IMG/VR virus record: IMGVR_UViG_3300020436_000065
Span: 1-27,851 of that record
Direction: 5' to 3' (one strand)
From: a virus
Taxonomy: Duplodnaviria > Caudoviricetes
DNA: 27,851 nt
Part shown: one piece after another, positions 27,757 through 27,851 of the stretch
How the letters are laid out: every line of letters begins with the position of its first letter
Numbering within the stretch: position 1 is the first letter of the stretch
Notes under the pieces: generated by a model
Told to the model about the DNA's origin: nothing
The model's input: only the letters and a program-made list of their open reading frames with translations
Databases searched by the model: none
Translations under genes and position numbers: made by a program

Positions 27757-27851
27757 CTTCCCTGCCCTCTGTATCTTTTACGAGCCGAGTTACGGGACGT
27801 AGCGGAGTATTTCGAGTGTTTTCCCCGCCCTTGACGAGTTTTTTTGGGTCT
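27753..27851 (-). CDS. Small basic peptide, C-terminal part (missing from ORF track)
   Basis: Hand translation RPKKTRQGRGKHSKYSATSRNSARKRYRGQGR-stop, with ATGA overlap into the next gene; KKTRQG...K.YRGQG pattern recognised from T4-like marine phages. Confidence 0.8.
   Translation of the reverse strand, partial: RPKKTRQGRGKHSKYSATSRNSARKRYRGQGR

Noticed and set aside
27820-27851. Programmed frameshift at CCCAAAAAAA with a downstream stem
   Set aside because: The run is not phased as X XXY YYZ in the peptide frame, and Pro-Lys-Lys explains it.
1-27851. Stop-codon reassignment, CRISPR array, tRNA genes or DGR elements
   Set aside because: TAA, TAG and TGA all end genes normally, intergenic gaps are at most about 41 nt, and no repeat-spacer array or reverse transcriptase is visible.

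Overview
AT-rich segment of a T4-like marine myovirus, most consistent with a cyanophage (Kyanoviridae, P-SSM2-like architecture; host not provable from this window). All real genes are on the minus strand. Reading right to left: a truncated small Arg/Lys-rich peptide, a single-TM protein, and a tightly overlapping four-gene enzyme-like cassette. The cassette holds an aminoacyl-tRNA transferase (ATE1/Bpt C-terminal)-like GNAT protein, a conserved 218-aa hypothetical, a 'CPYA'-motif protein and a pyruvoyl-dependent SpeD-family decarboxylase. Next is the late baseplate module (gp25, gp6, a 4295-aa gp7, gp8, a 2479-aa DUF4815/VrlC-like protein), two small proteins and the start of a tail fibre that runs off the window. 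Three perfect T4 late promoters (TATAAATA) sit in the three intergenic gaps longer than a few bases. The most interesting feature is the cassette at 25555-27424, which could be an undescribed amino-acid (possibly arginine-centred) modification pathway. That reading is inference from motifs only.
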